Source: an uncultured Gammaproteobacteria bacterium (GTDB lineage Bacteria > Patescibacteriota > Microgenomatia > Levybacterales > UBA12049). Taken from it: DNA of 64,000 bases. Location of the stretch: the NCBI GenBank assembly GCA_964533055.1, contig CAZHKZ010000003.1, forward strand, positions 2,483-66,482. Direction: 5' to 3'. The notes beneath the pieces were generated by a model, which saw only the letters and a program-made list of their open reading frames with translations, ran no database searches and was not told the origin of the DNA. The translations under genes and the position numbers were made by a program. Position 1 is the first letter of the stretch. The number at the start of each line of letters is the position of its first letter. Positions 1-10,146 of the stretch are shown here, in pieces.

Positions 1-24
1 AAGACTTGATCTTGCCATGAAGGC

Positions 25-351
25 TTAAAGGGTATTTTGCAGAGTTGCATTATCTGCTCCCCATGCGTCTAGTTGGTTAATAATTTTCCTCAGCGATACA
101 CCTTTTTCAGTCAGTGAATACTCTACCTTTAGAGGGATCTGAGCATAGATCTTTTTATTGACGATGCCATCTTCCTCAAGCTGCTTAAGGCGTTCGGTAA
201 GTGTCTTGGGACTAATCCCATCGAGTGCTCTTTGAAGCTCCCCAAACCTTTTTGTTCCAGTACAAAGGTTGTAGAGGATCATCATCGTCCATTTGCTACC
301 TATCACCTTCATGGTGTGGGTCATTCCGCAATTGTGTTCACGTTCATTCAT
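25..351 (-). CDS. HxlR-family winged-helix transcriptional regulator
   Basis: 108 aa. Carries the HxlR core (KWTMMILYNL...GTKRFGELQRAL...ISPKTLTERLKQLEEDGIV). Divergent from the FMN reductase gene, a typical HxlR pairing. Confidence 0.8.
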   Translation of the reverse strand: MNEREHNCGMTHTMKVIGSKWTMMILYNLCTGTKRFGELQRALDGISPKTLTERLKQLEEDGIVNKKIYAQIPLKVEYSLTEKGVSLRKIINQLDAWGADNATLQNTL

Positions 352-406
352 ACTTCATTATTTGTAACTACTTTACATATTAAAGTATAGGTGATATTGT
401 GTCAAT

Positions 407-1006
407 ATGAAGAAATTAAAACTTAAAGTTATTTTAGGTAGTACCCGTGAAGGTCGATACGGTGAAAATGTCGCCAAGTGGACGATGAAAGAACTCGCAA
501 GCTCCGAAGTCTTTGAGGCTGAGCTCCTTGATTTGCGTGACTACAACATACCTTATTATGACAACGTTACACCAGCGTCAATGTTGAAAGCCCCTTATGA
601 TTCCCCAATCACGCAGAGATGGTCGGAGAAAATTTCAGAGGCAGACGCATATATCATCGTAACTCCTGAGTACAATCATGGTTATCCTGCAGTACTTAAA
701 AGCGCATTGGATGTTATTTATCATGAGTGGAGTAAAAAACCAGTTGCATTTATAAGCTACGGAGCAAGTGCTAGTGGTGCGAGAGCAATTGAACAGCTAA
801 GACAAGTTGTTGCAGAGTTACAGATGGTGTCAATTCGCGAAGCTATTTCTTTGGCAATATTTTCAGGTGAGCAAATCTTTAATGAAGACGGCGAAATGGT
901 CGCTCCTACAAATTCGAAGAAATTGACGAAGCTCGTTGGTGATCTTTATTGGTGGGCAAGTGCACTTGCAGTTGCGAGATCCTCCACAGATATCTCAAAG
1001 AATTAA
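407..1006 (+). CDS. NAD(P)H-dependent FMN reductase (flavodoxin-like fold)
   Basis: 199 aa. N-terminus LKVILGSTREGRYGENVAKW plus YIIVTPEYNHGYPAVLKSALD are typical of the NADPH-dependent FMN reductase family. Confidence 0.75.
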   Translation: MKKLKLKVILGSTREGRYGENVAKWTMKELASSEVFEAELLDLRDYNIPYYDNVTPASMLKAPYDSPITQRWSEKISEADAYIIVTPEYNHGYPAVLKSALDVIYHEWSKKPVAFISYGASASGARAIEQLRQVVAELQMVSIREAISLAIFSGEQIFNEDGEMVAPTNSKKLTKLVGDLYWWASALAVARSSTDISKN

Positions 1007-1024
1007 GCGTGATATACTTTCTTC

Positions 1025-1423
1025 ATGGAACTACAGGTAGGTGTTAAGGCATTTATAAAGAACTCAGACAATAAGTACCTCTTTCTTAAAAGGGTACATC
1101 CATATCACGGAGATACTGAATCAAAATGGGATATCCCAGGTGGCAGGATAGTCGCAGGAGAAGCTCTTCTTGATGCTCTGAAAAGGGAGGTAAAAGAGGA
1201 GACTTCAATGGTGATCGTTGGTGCTCCTAAAGTTCTTGCAGCTCAAGACATCTTAAGAGATAAGCATGTTGTAAGAATTACGTATCAAGTCGATGCAGAA
1301 GGAGATATTATTCTTGATCCATTAGAGCATAAGTCTTTCCAATGGGTTAGTCTTGAGGAAGCGCTTTTACTTTATCACGACACATTCCTTACTCCAATTA
1401 TTAAGATGCTCTTAGCCAAATAA
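1025..1423 (+). CDS. NUDIX hydrolase
   Basis: 132 aa. Nudix box GGRIVAGEALLDALKREVKEETS (GX5EX7REUXEEXGU). Confidence 0.8.
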   Translation: MELQVGVKAFIKNSDNKYLFLKRVHPYHGDTESKWDIPGGRIVAGEALLDALKREVKEETSMVIVGAPKVLAAQDILRDKHVVRITYQVDAEGDIILDPLEHKSFQWVSLEEALLLYHDTFLTPIIKMLLAK

Positions 1424-1768
1424 TTGTTTCTTCAGAGATATGAATATCTTTCCCCAGAATCCAGCTTTTTGAAACTTCTTATAATCTTCTTTTTTGTAAT
1501 AATCTATTGTTCCTGGAAGTGGTGGATCTATCCAGCAAGAAAGGATGAGCCACTCCCCTTTATCATTTCTCTTAGAGATGATGGTTACAAGTGATTCTCC
1601 AAATCTTTTCTGAGACTCGGTCGTACCGGATTCTTTTCCAGCAAATGACTTATCCGGACTATTGAATGCTTGCCATGCAAGATTTTGAGAGAGGCCTCTT
1701 TGATTGAGTCGCTCCATTGCATGATTTGTCCAAATTGCATTTCCGTAAAGTCTTTCTGGTTGATTCAT
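1412..1768 (-). CDS. hypothetical protein, DUF4258-like
   Basis: 118 aa. HAMERLNQRGLS resembles the DUF4258 H..ER...RGI motif. Its 3' end overlaps the convergent NUDIX gene by 12 nt. Confidence 0.35.
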   Translation of the reverse strand: MNQPERLYGNAIWTNHAMERLNQRGLSQNLAWQAFNSPDKSFAGKESGTTESQKRFGESLVTIISKRNDKGEWLILSCWIDPPLPGTIDYYKKEDYKKFQKAGFWGKIFISLKKQLFG

Positions 1769-2535
1769 CTGGTGAGAGTTAGTGCGTCTTCAATTGTTCG
1801 ATCTCCAACTCTTGTTCTAATAATACTATATGCTAGAGCAGATGTGGAGAGGGTCTTGCCAATTTCGTGTACTAGAGAGCGGATGTATGTGCCACTGGTG
1901 ACGTCTGCTTGTAGTGTGGCAAGCGTGAAAGAACTATCTGGATTTTCCTTTAAGACATTCTCCCATTCTTTGCGAATTTCATCCTGTCTAAAGTCTCCCT
2001 GGACACGATCAATATCATGAATAATTTTCTTTATGATTTCAGTACTTGGCAGAACTTGTCTTGAAATAATTGTTAGATTAATAATTTCAATTTCCTTTGT
2101 CGGGATTAATTTCCCCTTGAGAAGATTATTTCGCGCTAGATAATACATAGGCTTTCCATCAATTGTTTGGGACGAGTATGGTGGAAATTCTTGAATTCTT
2201 TTCCCGGTGAAGTTGGGAAGGATATCTTTGAGATTTTGCTCAATAGTATCGGGAACCATTTTAACCCCAGTGATCTTACCAAGGACATCATAAGTGTCTG
2301 TCTCAATTCCAAACAGAATAGTGAATTCATACGTTTTATCCAGGTTCTCAAATTCATGTCTTTTTTTATTTTCATCGCCAAGGAGGAGTATCAAAAGTCC
2401 TTGCGCCATTGGGTCAAGTCTACCTGCATAGCTTATTTTTTCGTTCTTAAGTTCAGGACGCATTTCCTTCAAATGATTAATCGCCTGAAGTGGTGTCATG
2501 CAACGTGGTTTGTATAGAGAAAGTATTGTATTCAT
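1765..2535 (-). CDS. truB: tRNA pseudouridine(55) synthase TruB
   Basis: Catalytic motif GRLDPMAQGLLILLLG (TruB GxLDPxAxG). The N-terminus MNTILSLYKP aligns to TruB LLLDKP, so the start is trimmed from the ORF-track 2676 to the Met at 2535. Confidence 0.85.
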   Translation of the reverse strand: MNTILSLYKPRCMTPLQAINHLKEMRPELKNEKISYAGRLDPMAQGLLILLLGDENKKRHEFENLDKTYEFTILFGIETDTYDVLGKITGVKMVPDTIEQNLKDILPNFTGKRIQEFPPYSSQTIDGKPMYYLARNNLLKGKLIPTKEIEIINLTIISRQVLPSTEIIKKIIHDIDRVQGDFRQDEIRKEWENVLKENPDSSFTLATLQADVTSGTYIRSLVHEIGKTLSTSALAYSIIRTRVGDRTIEDALTLTR

Positions 2536-2605
2536 GCCCTGAATTGTAGCATGGTTATATTTATGCTTGCCAATATTGCCTCTATAGTTTAGAGTTAGAA
2601 AAACA

Positions 2606-3220
2606 ATGGATACAAAATATTGCAAAGTCGACAATACCCTTCTTGTAAAAAAGCCAACCAAGAATTCTCCAGACAAGGCTACGAAGTCATTCTATTACAC
2701 CGCCTACTACTTTTGTCGGACGTGCAAGAGGATTTATCATGACGATGCCTTTAAAGTAGTGAATTCTACGCAAAACCTTTTTCCCGAGGCCAGTCCTAGT
2801 AATGTTGTTGGCCCTGTAGTTCAGATCTGGACTGATGGTGCATGTACCAATAACGGTACTCCGCAAGCCAGGGCATCATGGGGGTTTGTATCAGGAAAAT
2901 ATGAAATGGCGGGTCTAGTAGAGGGCGGAAAGCAGACCAATAATAGAGGAGAAGGCCTTGCGATTTACAACGCCTTATTATGGGCAGTAAGTAAGGGTCA
3001 TCGGAGCGTCCAGATACATACTGATAGTCAAATTACAATTCATGGAGTATCAAAGCATCCCGATAAAGTTAAGGAGAATAGAGACATTTTTCAGATGATT
3101 TATAATGTTGTCAAAGAAAATAATCTCTCAGTAGAGTATATAAAAGTTCGTGGACATGCTGATAATGTAGGCAATAATCGAGCTGATGAAGTTGCAACAG
3201 CAATTCTTGTAAAACAATAG
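2606..3220 (+). CDS. rnhA: ribonuclease HI with ~70 aa N-terminal extension
   Basis: RNase H fold motifs TDGACTNNG, ESTNNRGEGLA-like and GHADNVGNNRADEVA. The N-terminal 70 aa hold three Cys and have unclear function. Confidence 0.8.
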   Translation: MDTKYCKVDNTLLVKKPTKNSPDKATKSFYYTAYYFCRTCKRIYHDDAFKVVNSTQNLFPEASPSNVVGPVVQIWTDGACTNNGTPQARASWGFVSGKYEMAGLVEGGKQTNNRGEGLAIYNALLWAVSKGHRSVQIHTDSQITIHGVSKHPDKVKENRDIFQMIYNVVKENNLSVEYIKVRGHADNVGNNRADEVATAILVKQ

Positions 3221-3259
3221 CCACTTCTTCAAGAAGATATTCTAAGGTATACTCAGACA

Positions 3260-3778
3260 ATGCTATTGGGAATTCTTCTATTTTTTATCACGATTCTCCT
3301 TCTCCTCGTTCTTCTCTCAATGATCTGGCCACCTGATAGCCCTTGGTCTCCTTGGTGGAGGACTGATCGAAAAACTGCGAGAGGAATAGTCTCTCTTGCA
3401 AAAATCTCTTCTAAAGATATAGTTTATGATCTTGGATGTGGAGACGGATCTCTTCTTTTGGAAAGTGCACGAAAGGGCGCTCGTGGATTTGGAATCGAGA
3501 TTGATATTGCGAGAGTTCTTTTTGCAAAGTTACGTTTAATGGTGGCAGGAATGGGTGGAAAAGTCGTAATAAAAAGAGGAAATCTTTTTGATGAGGATGT
3601 TAGCGAGGCTTCGATTGTCGCCATGTACCTCGTACCTAAGACACTTGCTCGATTAGAAAAAAAATTAAAGAAAGAATTAAAGCCTAAATCACGAGTCGTA
3701 ACGTATATGTATCCGTTGCCGTATTTTAAAAAAATTGCTGAGAATTCAGATGGAAATATATTCCTCTATGAAGTTTAG
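3260..3778 (+). CDS. class I SAM-dependent methyltransferase with N-terminal TM anchor
   Basis: Motif I VYDLGCGDGSLLLESA. Hydrophobic N-terminal helix. Confidence 0.65.
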   Translation: MLLGILLFFITILLLLVLLSMIWPPDSPWSPWWRTDRKTARGIVSLAKISSKDIVYDLGCGDGSLLLESARKGARGFGIEIDIARVLFAKLRLMVAGMGGKVVIKRGNLFDEDVSEASIVAMYLVPKTLARLEKKLKKELKPKSRVVTYMYPLPYFKKIAENSDGNIFLYEV

Positions 3779-3786
3779 AGCTTAAA

Positions 3787-5373
3787 TCATTTTGAGTCTC
3801 TAAGATTTTTTAATAGTAGCTTAAATTCTGGATTTTTTTGACCAAGTTGTTCAAGTGTTAACTCGACGTTCTCGATCCCCTTAGCGTCTCCCTTTATTTT
3901 ATAGATATCATAAAGCCTAATATATGGAAGGTAAAAATAAGGATCAATTTCAAGTGCTCTCTTATACTCATGCTCAGCTTGGATGACATCGCCAATTCTA
4001 AGATATGTATTCGCTAGATTGTAATGTGTTTGAGGATATCTGTTGGAAATAAGAATAGATTTTTTATATGTCTGTATTGCCTCCTGAGATAAATTCTCCT
4101 GAGCATATGCCATCGCAAGATTGTTATATATTCTGGCACTTGCTACGAAGTGATTTGTTCTCGAATAGAATGTAATAGCGTCTTTCCAATCAGTATTTCT
4201 AACAATTGTTCTTAACGATAATAGTCCAACAAACCCAATAGCTATAAATATCAGCACTGCTCTACCAATGACAGGAAGTCTCTCGAAGAGACAAAAAGTC
4301 AGATAGGATAGTATGAGAAAAATTCCAATAGATGGGTAGTAGAGAAAGTGTTCATAGAATATGCCGTTGATTGGGATAATCCCGCTAGATGGAATAAAGC
4401 CAATAATAGTCCACATTAAGCCAAAGAGCAGAAGTGGATGGTCTTTATAGAGTTTAACTGCGCTAAATAAGGCAATAACTGATCCAGCTAATGAGGCTGC
4501 TGATGAGAGCGTTATGTTCTTTGCAAGCGAGATTGTTAAGTCTCTCTCCATATAGAGGTCTTTTGGGAAAAATATGAGTCCTAGGTATTGGGGTGCTAAG
4601 TTGAAAAACTCATTTATTCTAACAAAGAGACTTGAAGTATATGCGTTATCATTTTTGTAAAAGTTAAGTGTATTCGCAAAATTGAGAAGTGTTAATCTAA
4701 GTAGAAAATAGCCTGAGGTTATAAGAGTATAGGGCAATATCTCAATGAATGTCTCTTTTATGGTTTTTGCGTTGAGAGATTTTTTCATAGCCATGTGTGA
4801 TATAAAGAGTAGGCCAGGTGCGATGAGCGCAGTCTCTTTAGAGAGTAGTGCAAGTCCAAGACAGATAAGGCTTACTATTTTTTGCCAGCGCCCTTTTTCA
4901 AAAGAAAGAAGGATGGTAAGTAGGACAAGAAAAAGTGATAATGGATCTCCTCTTCCAGATGCATAAGCTACAGCCTCAGTTTGGATGGGGTGCAAAATAA
5001 ATAAGAGCGCAGTGCTAAATGAGACAAATTTGTTCTTCGATAGTTTGATAATAAGATAATATATAGCGATCCCAGCACCAGCATGGAGAAGAAGGCTGTT
5101 GAGATGATAAATAAATCCGCTATCACCGAAGAGATTGTACTCAATGCTAAATCCAAGGAAAAGAAATGGGCGATAGTAATTAGTTAGTCTACCATCCCCA
5201 TCAATAAGGCTATGCGAGAAAAGGTCCCTGAGATTAAAAGAGGTTACGGCAGTATTCTCATAGATGAACTGCTGATCGTCGAAAAAAAGTCCGTTCACTA
5301 AGGTGTTGCCATAAAGAAGAATCGTAACAGCAAGAAGGATTGTCGCAAGGTGTAGTGAAGAAAGCGCTCGCAT
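3787..5373 (-). CDS. GT-C fold (PMT/ArnT-like) membrane glycosyltransferase with C-terminal TPR repeats
   Basis: 528 aa, more than 10 predicted TM helices. FFDD acidic motif in the first extracytoplasmic loop. C-terminal TPR-like repeats (AMAYAQENLSQEAIQTYKK, YNLANTYLRIGDVIQAEHEYKRALEIDP). Confidence 0.55.
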   Translation of the reverse strand: MRALSSLHLATILLAVTILLYGNTLVNGLFFDDQQFIYENTAVTSFNLRDLFSHSLIDGDGRLTNYYRPFLFLGFSIEYNLFGDSGFIYHLNSLLLHAGAGIAIYYLIIKLSKNKFVSFSTALLFILHPIQTEAVAYASGRGDPLSLFLVLLTILLSFEKGRWQKIVSLICLGLALLSKETALIAPGLLFISHMAMKKSLNAKTIKETFIEILPYTLITSGYFLLRLTLLNFANTLNFYKNDNAYTSSLFVRINEFFNLAPQYLGLIFFPKDLYMERDLTISLAKNITLSSAASLAGSVIALFSAVKLYKDHPLLLFGLMWTIIGFIPSSGIIPINGIFYEHFLYYPSIGIFLILSYLTFCLFERLPVIGRAVLIFIAIGFVGLLSLRTIVRNTDWKDAITFYSRTNHFVASARIYNNLAMAYAQENLSQEAIQTYKKSILISNRYPQTHYNLANTYLRIGDVIQAEHEYKRALEIDPYFYLPYIRLYDIYKIKGDAKGIENVELTLEQLGQKNPEFKLLLKNLRDSK

Positions 5374-5377
5374 ACTA

Positions 5378-6397
5378 TTATTTCTTAAGACCTAGTGCAA
5401 GCCAGCGAATCTTGTCTAGCCAGACAAAAGCTCGATAGAGAACTGGGTTTATGACTAGGTCAAAACTCCCTACAAACTCAATATGTTCTGGGCGGAATCC
5501 TTGTTTGAAACGGTGAAAGCCATACCAACTATCGTTGGTATCAGGGTCAGTTCCAAGGGCTCCCCACATGTCAAAGTATTTGAGCCCCATTTTCTTTCCA
5601 AATTTTATTGCTTCCCACATCATAAGAGTTGATGCCATTGTTTCACGGTGTTCGCTGCTTGAAGCTCCATAAGGATAATACAGCGTATCTTTAAAAATAA
5701 ATACAATCCAAGTGACAAGTGTTTTCATGTTGTAGTTGGCTATGAGCAGATGTGAAGAGAGCTCATTAAAGGGGGGTGTTGCAGAGTGTGAGAGTGTTGC
5801 CCATTGCTCTGTGTGATATTCTTTTGAGTGAGCATAGAAGCCTTGTCTTTTGGTTGTCTCTTGAGTGATTGAAAGGTATGATGCAAACGCATCTGCAGTA
5901 TTTTTTTCAGTAATGGTTACATTATGTTTCTTAGCAATTTTGATGTTATATCTTGTCTTGGGGTGGAGATTGCGCTCAAGCTCCTCCTCTGTTCTTGAAA
6001 GATCAAGGATAAAGCTAAATCGAGTAAAGAGTGCGCGAGCAGCTTTCTTAAGGCCTAGGGAAAGAATTCTGTCCGATTCTACTTGAGAAAAGCGAATATT
6101 TGGCTCAAGTTGAATAAAGATACATCTCTCTTCGCGTCCGATCTTCCTTAGCTCAGTGATAAGTTCCTTGTCTGGAGACATTCCTTTTGGAAGATAGCCG
6201 ATTGTAAATGGAGTTTTTGGAATAGGATGTATCGTTAGGGTGAATGCAGATTGGGAGCCGCTACTCTTTTGTAATCTGCGAATCACTTTGAGTCCTGTCT
6301 TCTCTCTAAAAGTCCCCCATTCATATGACTGGAGTGGGTGTGAAACAGTTTTATTAAAGAGTGTTTTTTCTGAATCTTGAAGAGGTTGATATGCCAT
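5378..6397 (-). CDS. FemAB-family peptidoglycan interpeptide-bridge peptidyltransferase
   Basis: 339 aa. FemAB-like N-terminus (SYEWGTF) and length/architecture consistent with FemX/FmhB. Confidence 0.65.
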   Translation of the reverse strand: MAYQPLQDSEKTLFNKTVSHPLQSYEWGTFREKTGLKVIRRLQKSSGSQSAFTLTIHPIPKTPFTIGYLPKGMSPDKELITELRKIGREERCIFIQLEPNIRFSQVESDRILSLGLKKAARALFTRFSFILDLSRTEEELERNLHPKTRYNIKIAKKHNVTITEKNTADAFASYLSITQETTKRQGFYAHSKEYHTEQWATLSHSATPPFNELSSHLLIANYNMKTLVTWIVFIFKDTLYYPYGASSSEHRETMASTLMMWEAIKFGKKMGLKYFDMWGALGTDPDTNDSWYGFHRFKQGFRPEHIEFVGSFDLVINPVLYRAFVWLDKIRWLALGLKK

Positions 6398-6419
6398 GTA
6401 TTTATTGTAGCAAAAGGGG

Positions 6420-8249
6420 CTATTTGTCGTCGCCGTAGAGAATGCTTCGGTCTGTACTCCATTTCACAGTTCCTTCAGGTAGTTCGATAAGAAAACGAGA
6501 GAGTGTATTGCTGGCACGTTGACCGAAGAATATCCTTCTCTTTGCGTGAGTTAAATATAGCCTCTTTTTTGCTCTTGTCATGCCAACGTAGCAAAGCCTT
6601 CTTTCCTCTTCAAGTTCATTTTTATCCATAAGACTTCTTGAGTGTGGGAAGAGGCCTTCTTCCATTCCAATCATGAAAACAACAGGAAATTCTAGGCCTT
6701 TTGCTGCATGGAGTGTCATGAGAGTCACTGCGTTTTTTTGTTTAGATTGCTTGTCGGAAAAGTATTCTTGTTCAACGAGTGCAACATTTTCAAGGAACTC
6801 AATAACATTTGGAAAGGCTAGCGCAACTGAACGAAGCTCTTTGATGTTTTCAAGTCTTGCTCGGTCTTCTTCGTCATGTTCGTCATACAATTCTAAATAG
6901 TTTGTTGCATGGATGATCGAATCGAGAAAGTCAATCGTGACTGATTCAGTTAAATCAGGTCTTTCGTTAAGAAAAGTTAAGAATTTTTGCATTCTTCCTT
7001 TTCCAATCTTCTCAATTCGTTTTAGAGAGATTGTTTCTTGAGGATTTACGGCATGTCGCACATAGGAAAGAACATCTTTGATCTCCTTTCTTTCATAAAA
7101 TCTTGTTCCTCCAACAAGCGTATATGGGATGCCATGATGGAGGAATGCTTCTTCGACTACTCGAGATTGAGCATTTGTTCTGTAAAGCACTGCAATATCA
7201 TTAAGAGAATTTATTCCAAGTGTAAGAATAGTTCGTATAATAAAGTCGGCTTCATCTTGTTCATTTACTGCTTCGTAGATCTCTATTTCATCTCCATTTT
7301 CATTCTCAGTCCATAACTTGAGAACAGGGTGAGATGTGTTCTTTGCGATAACTGCTGTTGCTCCGTCAAGTATATTTTGTGTTGATCGGTAATTCTGTGA
7401 CAGAGAAAACGTCTGCGTTCCAGGAAAATCATCCTTGAATTTCATAAGGTTACGATAGTCAGCTCCTCGCCAGCTGTAAATGCTTTGTGAGAAATCCCCG
7501 ACTACACAGATGTTCTTCCATTTCCCTGTTAGTAGCTTTGTCAGGACATATTGCCCCCTATTGGTGTCTTGATACTCGTCAACGAGGCAGTACTTAAATT
7601 GTTGTTGGTACTTTTCAAGAACCTGAGGTGCTTCGCGAAAAAGCCTTACAGTCTTGAGAATAAGGTCATCAAAATCAAGCGCATCATTTTCCTTGAGAAT
7701 TTTTTGATAGAGTGGATAGACTTTTGCAACGGTTTGCTGGAAAAGTCCTCTGGCGAATGTTCCATACTCGTTTTCATAGATAAGCTCATTTTTTGCTTGA
7801 GAGATTGTGGTCAGAATAGAATTTGGCTTAAAGTCTTTGACAGATAATGTCAGCCTATTCATCGCTTCTTTTACAACGTCAAGCTGGTCATTGTCATCAT
7901 AGATAACAAAACTTTTTGAGATACCTATGAAGTGCCCATCTGTCCTGAGTATTCTTGCACAGAGAGAGTGAAACGTCGCGACGATTGGTGCTCCAGAAAT
8001 TGATTCTCCATGGGTGCTCAGAAAGGCATGGATTCTTTCCTTCATTTCTTTGGCAGCCTTGTTTGTAAAGGTCACCATAAGAATCGACTCAGGCTCAACT
8101 GATTTTTCAAGCATTAGATACATCACCTTGTGTGTAAGCACGCGGGTCTTTCCTGATCCTGCACCAGCAAGAATAATCATGGGGCCATCAGTTGCTCTAA
8201 CAGCATCTTGCTGATTGGGATTTAGGTCATTGAGTAATGATTTTTCCAT
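6420..8249 (-). CDS. UvrD/PcrA-family ATP-dependent DNA helicase (short form)
   Basis: Walker A AGAGSGKTRVLTHKV, motif TFHSLCARIL, DEYQDTN, VGDFSQSIYSWRGA. 609 aa, lacks the long C-terminal region. Confidence 0.85.
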   Translation of the reverse strand: MEKSLLNDLNPNQQDAVRATDGPMIILAGAGSGKTRVLTHKVMYLMLEKSVEPESILMVTFTNKAAKEMKERIHAFLSTHGESISGAPIVATFHSLCARILRTDGHFIGISKSFVIYDDNDQLDVVKEAMNRLTLSVKDFKPNSILTTISQAKNELIYENEYGTFARGLFQQTVAKVYPLYQKILKENDALDFDDLILKTVRLFREAPQVLEKYQQQFKYCLVDEYQDTNRGQYVLTKLLTGKWKNICVVGDFSQSIYSWRGADYRNLMKFKDDFPGTQTFSLSQNYRSTQNILDGATAVIAKNTSHPVLKLWTENENGDEIEIYEAVNEQDEADFIIRTILTLGINSLNDIAVLYRTNAQSRVVEEAFLHHGIPYTLVGGTRFYERKEIKDVLSYVRHAVNPQETISLKRIEKIGKGRMQKFLTFLNERPDLTESVTIDFLDSIIHATNYLELYDEHDEEDRARLENIKELRSVALAFPNVIEFLENVALVEQEYFSDKQSKQKNAVTLMTLHAAKGLEFPVVFMIGMEEGLFPHSRSLMDKNELEEERRLCYVGMTRAKKRLYLTHAKRRIFFGQRASNTLSRFLIELPEGTVKWSTDRSILYGDDK

Positions 8250-8304
8250 AAGGTATGATAGGGATGGTCCTGGGTCGATCTGGGGTCAATGACCATTGTA
8301 ACAT

Positions 8305-8994
8305 ATGAAAAAGCTCTTTATCGTAGCGAACTGGAAGTCACATAAGACCGTTATGGAAGTGCATTCGTTTTTGATAGCTTTCTTCCACAAGGAATTAAGC
8401 AGATGGCTACATGAGGGGGGAGATTTTCATAAAACTATCGTTCTTTGTCCGCCATTTACGCTTCTTTCAACGTTAAAACAATCACTTCTAGAATTCGATC
8501 ATAAGAATATAAAAATGTCGCTAGGCGCACAAGACATCTCATCATTTCCGGCTGGATCGCATACCGGTGAGGAATCATCAGAACAACTTTCAGATCTAGT
8601 GGATTATGTAATCGTTGGCCATTCAGAAAGGAGAATTGAGCTGCAAGAGACTGAAGAAATGCTTGTGCAGAAAGTCATCCAGGCTCATTTGGGAGGTCTT
8701 GAACCAATCTTTTGCGTACAAGGCATGACAAATGAAATTCCAAAAAATGTGAGGATTGTAGCATATGAACCAATTGATGCAATTGGAACTGGCAAAGTTG
8801 CCTCACTTGATCAAATTGAAAATGTGGCTCTCTTTTACAAGAAAGAAAAAGATATTCACTACGTACTTTATGGCGGAAGTGTGACGGCCGAGAATATCGC
8901 GCAGATCACTGCAATACCGTCAATAGATGGAGTGTTGGTTGGTGGGGCTAGTCTTAATCCGCATGAATTTTCTCAAATAGTTATGCTCTCTTAA
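8305..8994 (+). CDS. tpiA: triose-phosphate isomerase
   Basis: ANWKSHKT, VGHSERR, YGGSV. Confidence 0.85.
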   Translation: MKKLFIVANWKSHKTVMEVHSFLIAFFHKELSRWLHEGGDFHKTIVLCPPFTLLSTLKQSLLEFDHKNIKMSLGAQDISSFPAGSHTGEESSEQLSDLVDYVIVGHSERRIELQETEEMLVQKVIQAHLGGLEPIFCVQGMTNEIPKNVRIVAYEPIDAIGTGKVASLDQIENVALFYKKEKDIHYVLYGGSVTAENIAQITAIPSIDGVLVGGASLNPHEFSQIVMLS

Positions 8995-9015
8995 AGTAGT
9001 ATATAATCAAAATCT

Positions 9016-10146
9016 ATGTCCCAATCGAGATCAAAAACATTAAAAAAAGTAATACTCGCCCTCATTGCAATTTTCGTTATTTCCGTAGGTATTAAGATCG
9101 CAATAACACTTATTTCATTCGCCCCAGTTGTGTATGAATTTGCTTTTAACAAAGGTATCGACTTAAAAAAGACCGAAGATCAACGCGTGAATATTCTCCT
9201 ACTAGGTGTTGGAGGTGGCAAGCATGATGGTCCGTATCTTACAGATACAATTATTTTTATTAGCGTTGACCCGGCGCTGAAGGAAGTGAAGATGATAACG
9301 CTTCCTCGAGATCTTTGGATCACTGAGATTGATGCGAAAGTTAACACAGCATACGCAAAAGGCTTAAAGTCTGGGAAAGGCCTGAGTCTTAGTAAGGCAT
9401 CAGTTGGGAAAGTATTGGGACAAAAAATTGATTATGGATTTAGAATTGATTTTAATGGATTTATAAAGGCGGTTGATCGACTTGGTGGGATAACAGTCAA
9501 TGTAGAAAGGACATTTGATGATTATGAGTATCCGATTACTGGTAGTGAAGGTGACACGTGCGGATTTGAGGGCGAAGAGTTTCAGAAGCGTGCGACTGAA
9601 GCTGCAGAAAAGCAGCTAGAGGCATTTCCTTGTCGATATGAGCATCTTCATTTCGACAAAGGAGTACGGGCTATGGACGGCGAGACTGCATTGAAGTATG
9701 TTAGATCTCGTCATGCGGTTGGTGATGAGGGGACAGATTTCGCACGATCTAAGAGGCAGGAAAATGTCATTAACGCTGTAAAAGATAAAGTTTTTTCAGT
9801 AGGAACACTCCTTGATCCTATAAAAATTGCCAACCTTTATGATGTATTTAAAGATAGCATCGATACAGATATAAAAAAAGAAGAGTACGATGATTTTGTA
9901 AAGTTAGCTCAAAAAATGAAAGGTACAACCATTGAGAGTTCTGTGATTGATGATAGTGATGACTTGACGCAGGGTGCGGGACTTTTGACCAACCCTCCGA
10001 TATCTGAAACATATGGAGGTCAGTATGTGCTCGTACCGAAAAAGGGTCCAACTGACTTCACGGATATTCATTCCTATGTAGATTGCTTCGTTGAGCATGA
10101 AGGTTGTCCCACCCCATCTCCAACATCCCTAAAGAAAAGTAATTAA
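9016..10146 (+). CDS. LytR-CpsA-Psr (LCP) family cell-wall glycopolymer ligase
   Basis: N-terminal TM, then NILLLGVGG...DTIIFISVDP, the LCP domain signature. Confidence 0.8.
   Translation: MSQSRSKTLKKVILALIAIFVISVGIKIAITLISFAPVVYEFAFNKGIDLKKTEDQRVNILLLGVGGGKHDGPYLTDTIIFISVDPALKEVKMITLPRDLWITEIDAKVNTAYAKGLKSGKGLSLSKASVGKVLGQKIDYGFRIDFNGFIKAVDRLGGITVNVERTFDDYEYPITGSEGDTCGFEGEEFQKRATEAAEKQLEAFPCRYEHLHFDKGVRAMDGETALKYVRSRHAVGDEGTDFARSKRQENVINAVKDKVFSVGTLLDPIKIANLYDVFKDSIDTDIKKEEYDDFVKLAQKMKGTTIESSVIDDSDDLTQGAGLLTNPPISETYGGQYVLVPKKGPTDFTDIHSYVDCFVEHEGCPTPSPTSLKKSN

Noticed and set aside
1670-2020. 116 aa ORF antisense to the truB and hypothetical-gene region. Similar antisense ORFs lie at 2136..2381, 2167..2517, 3424..3624, 4745..4966, 4968..5156, 5865..6086, 6673..6900, 7038..7316, 7551..7847 and 8014..8214.
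   Set aside because: They are embedded in or opposite well-supported genes with clear family motifs, have no motifs of their own, and show the composition of shadow frames in AT-rich coding DNA.
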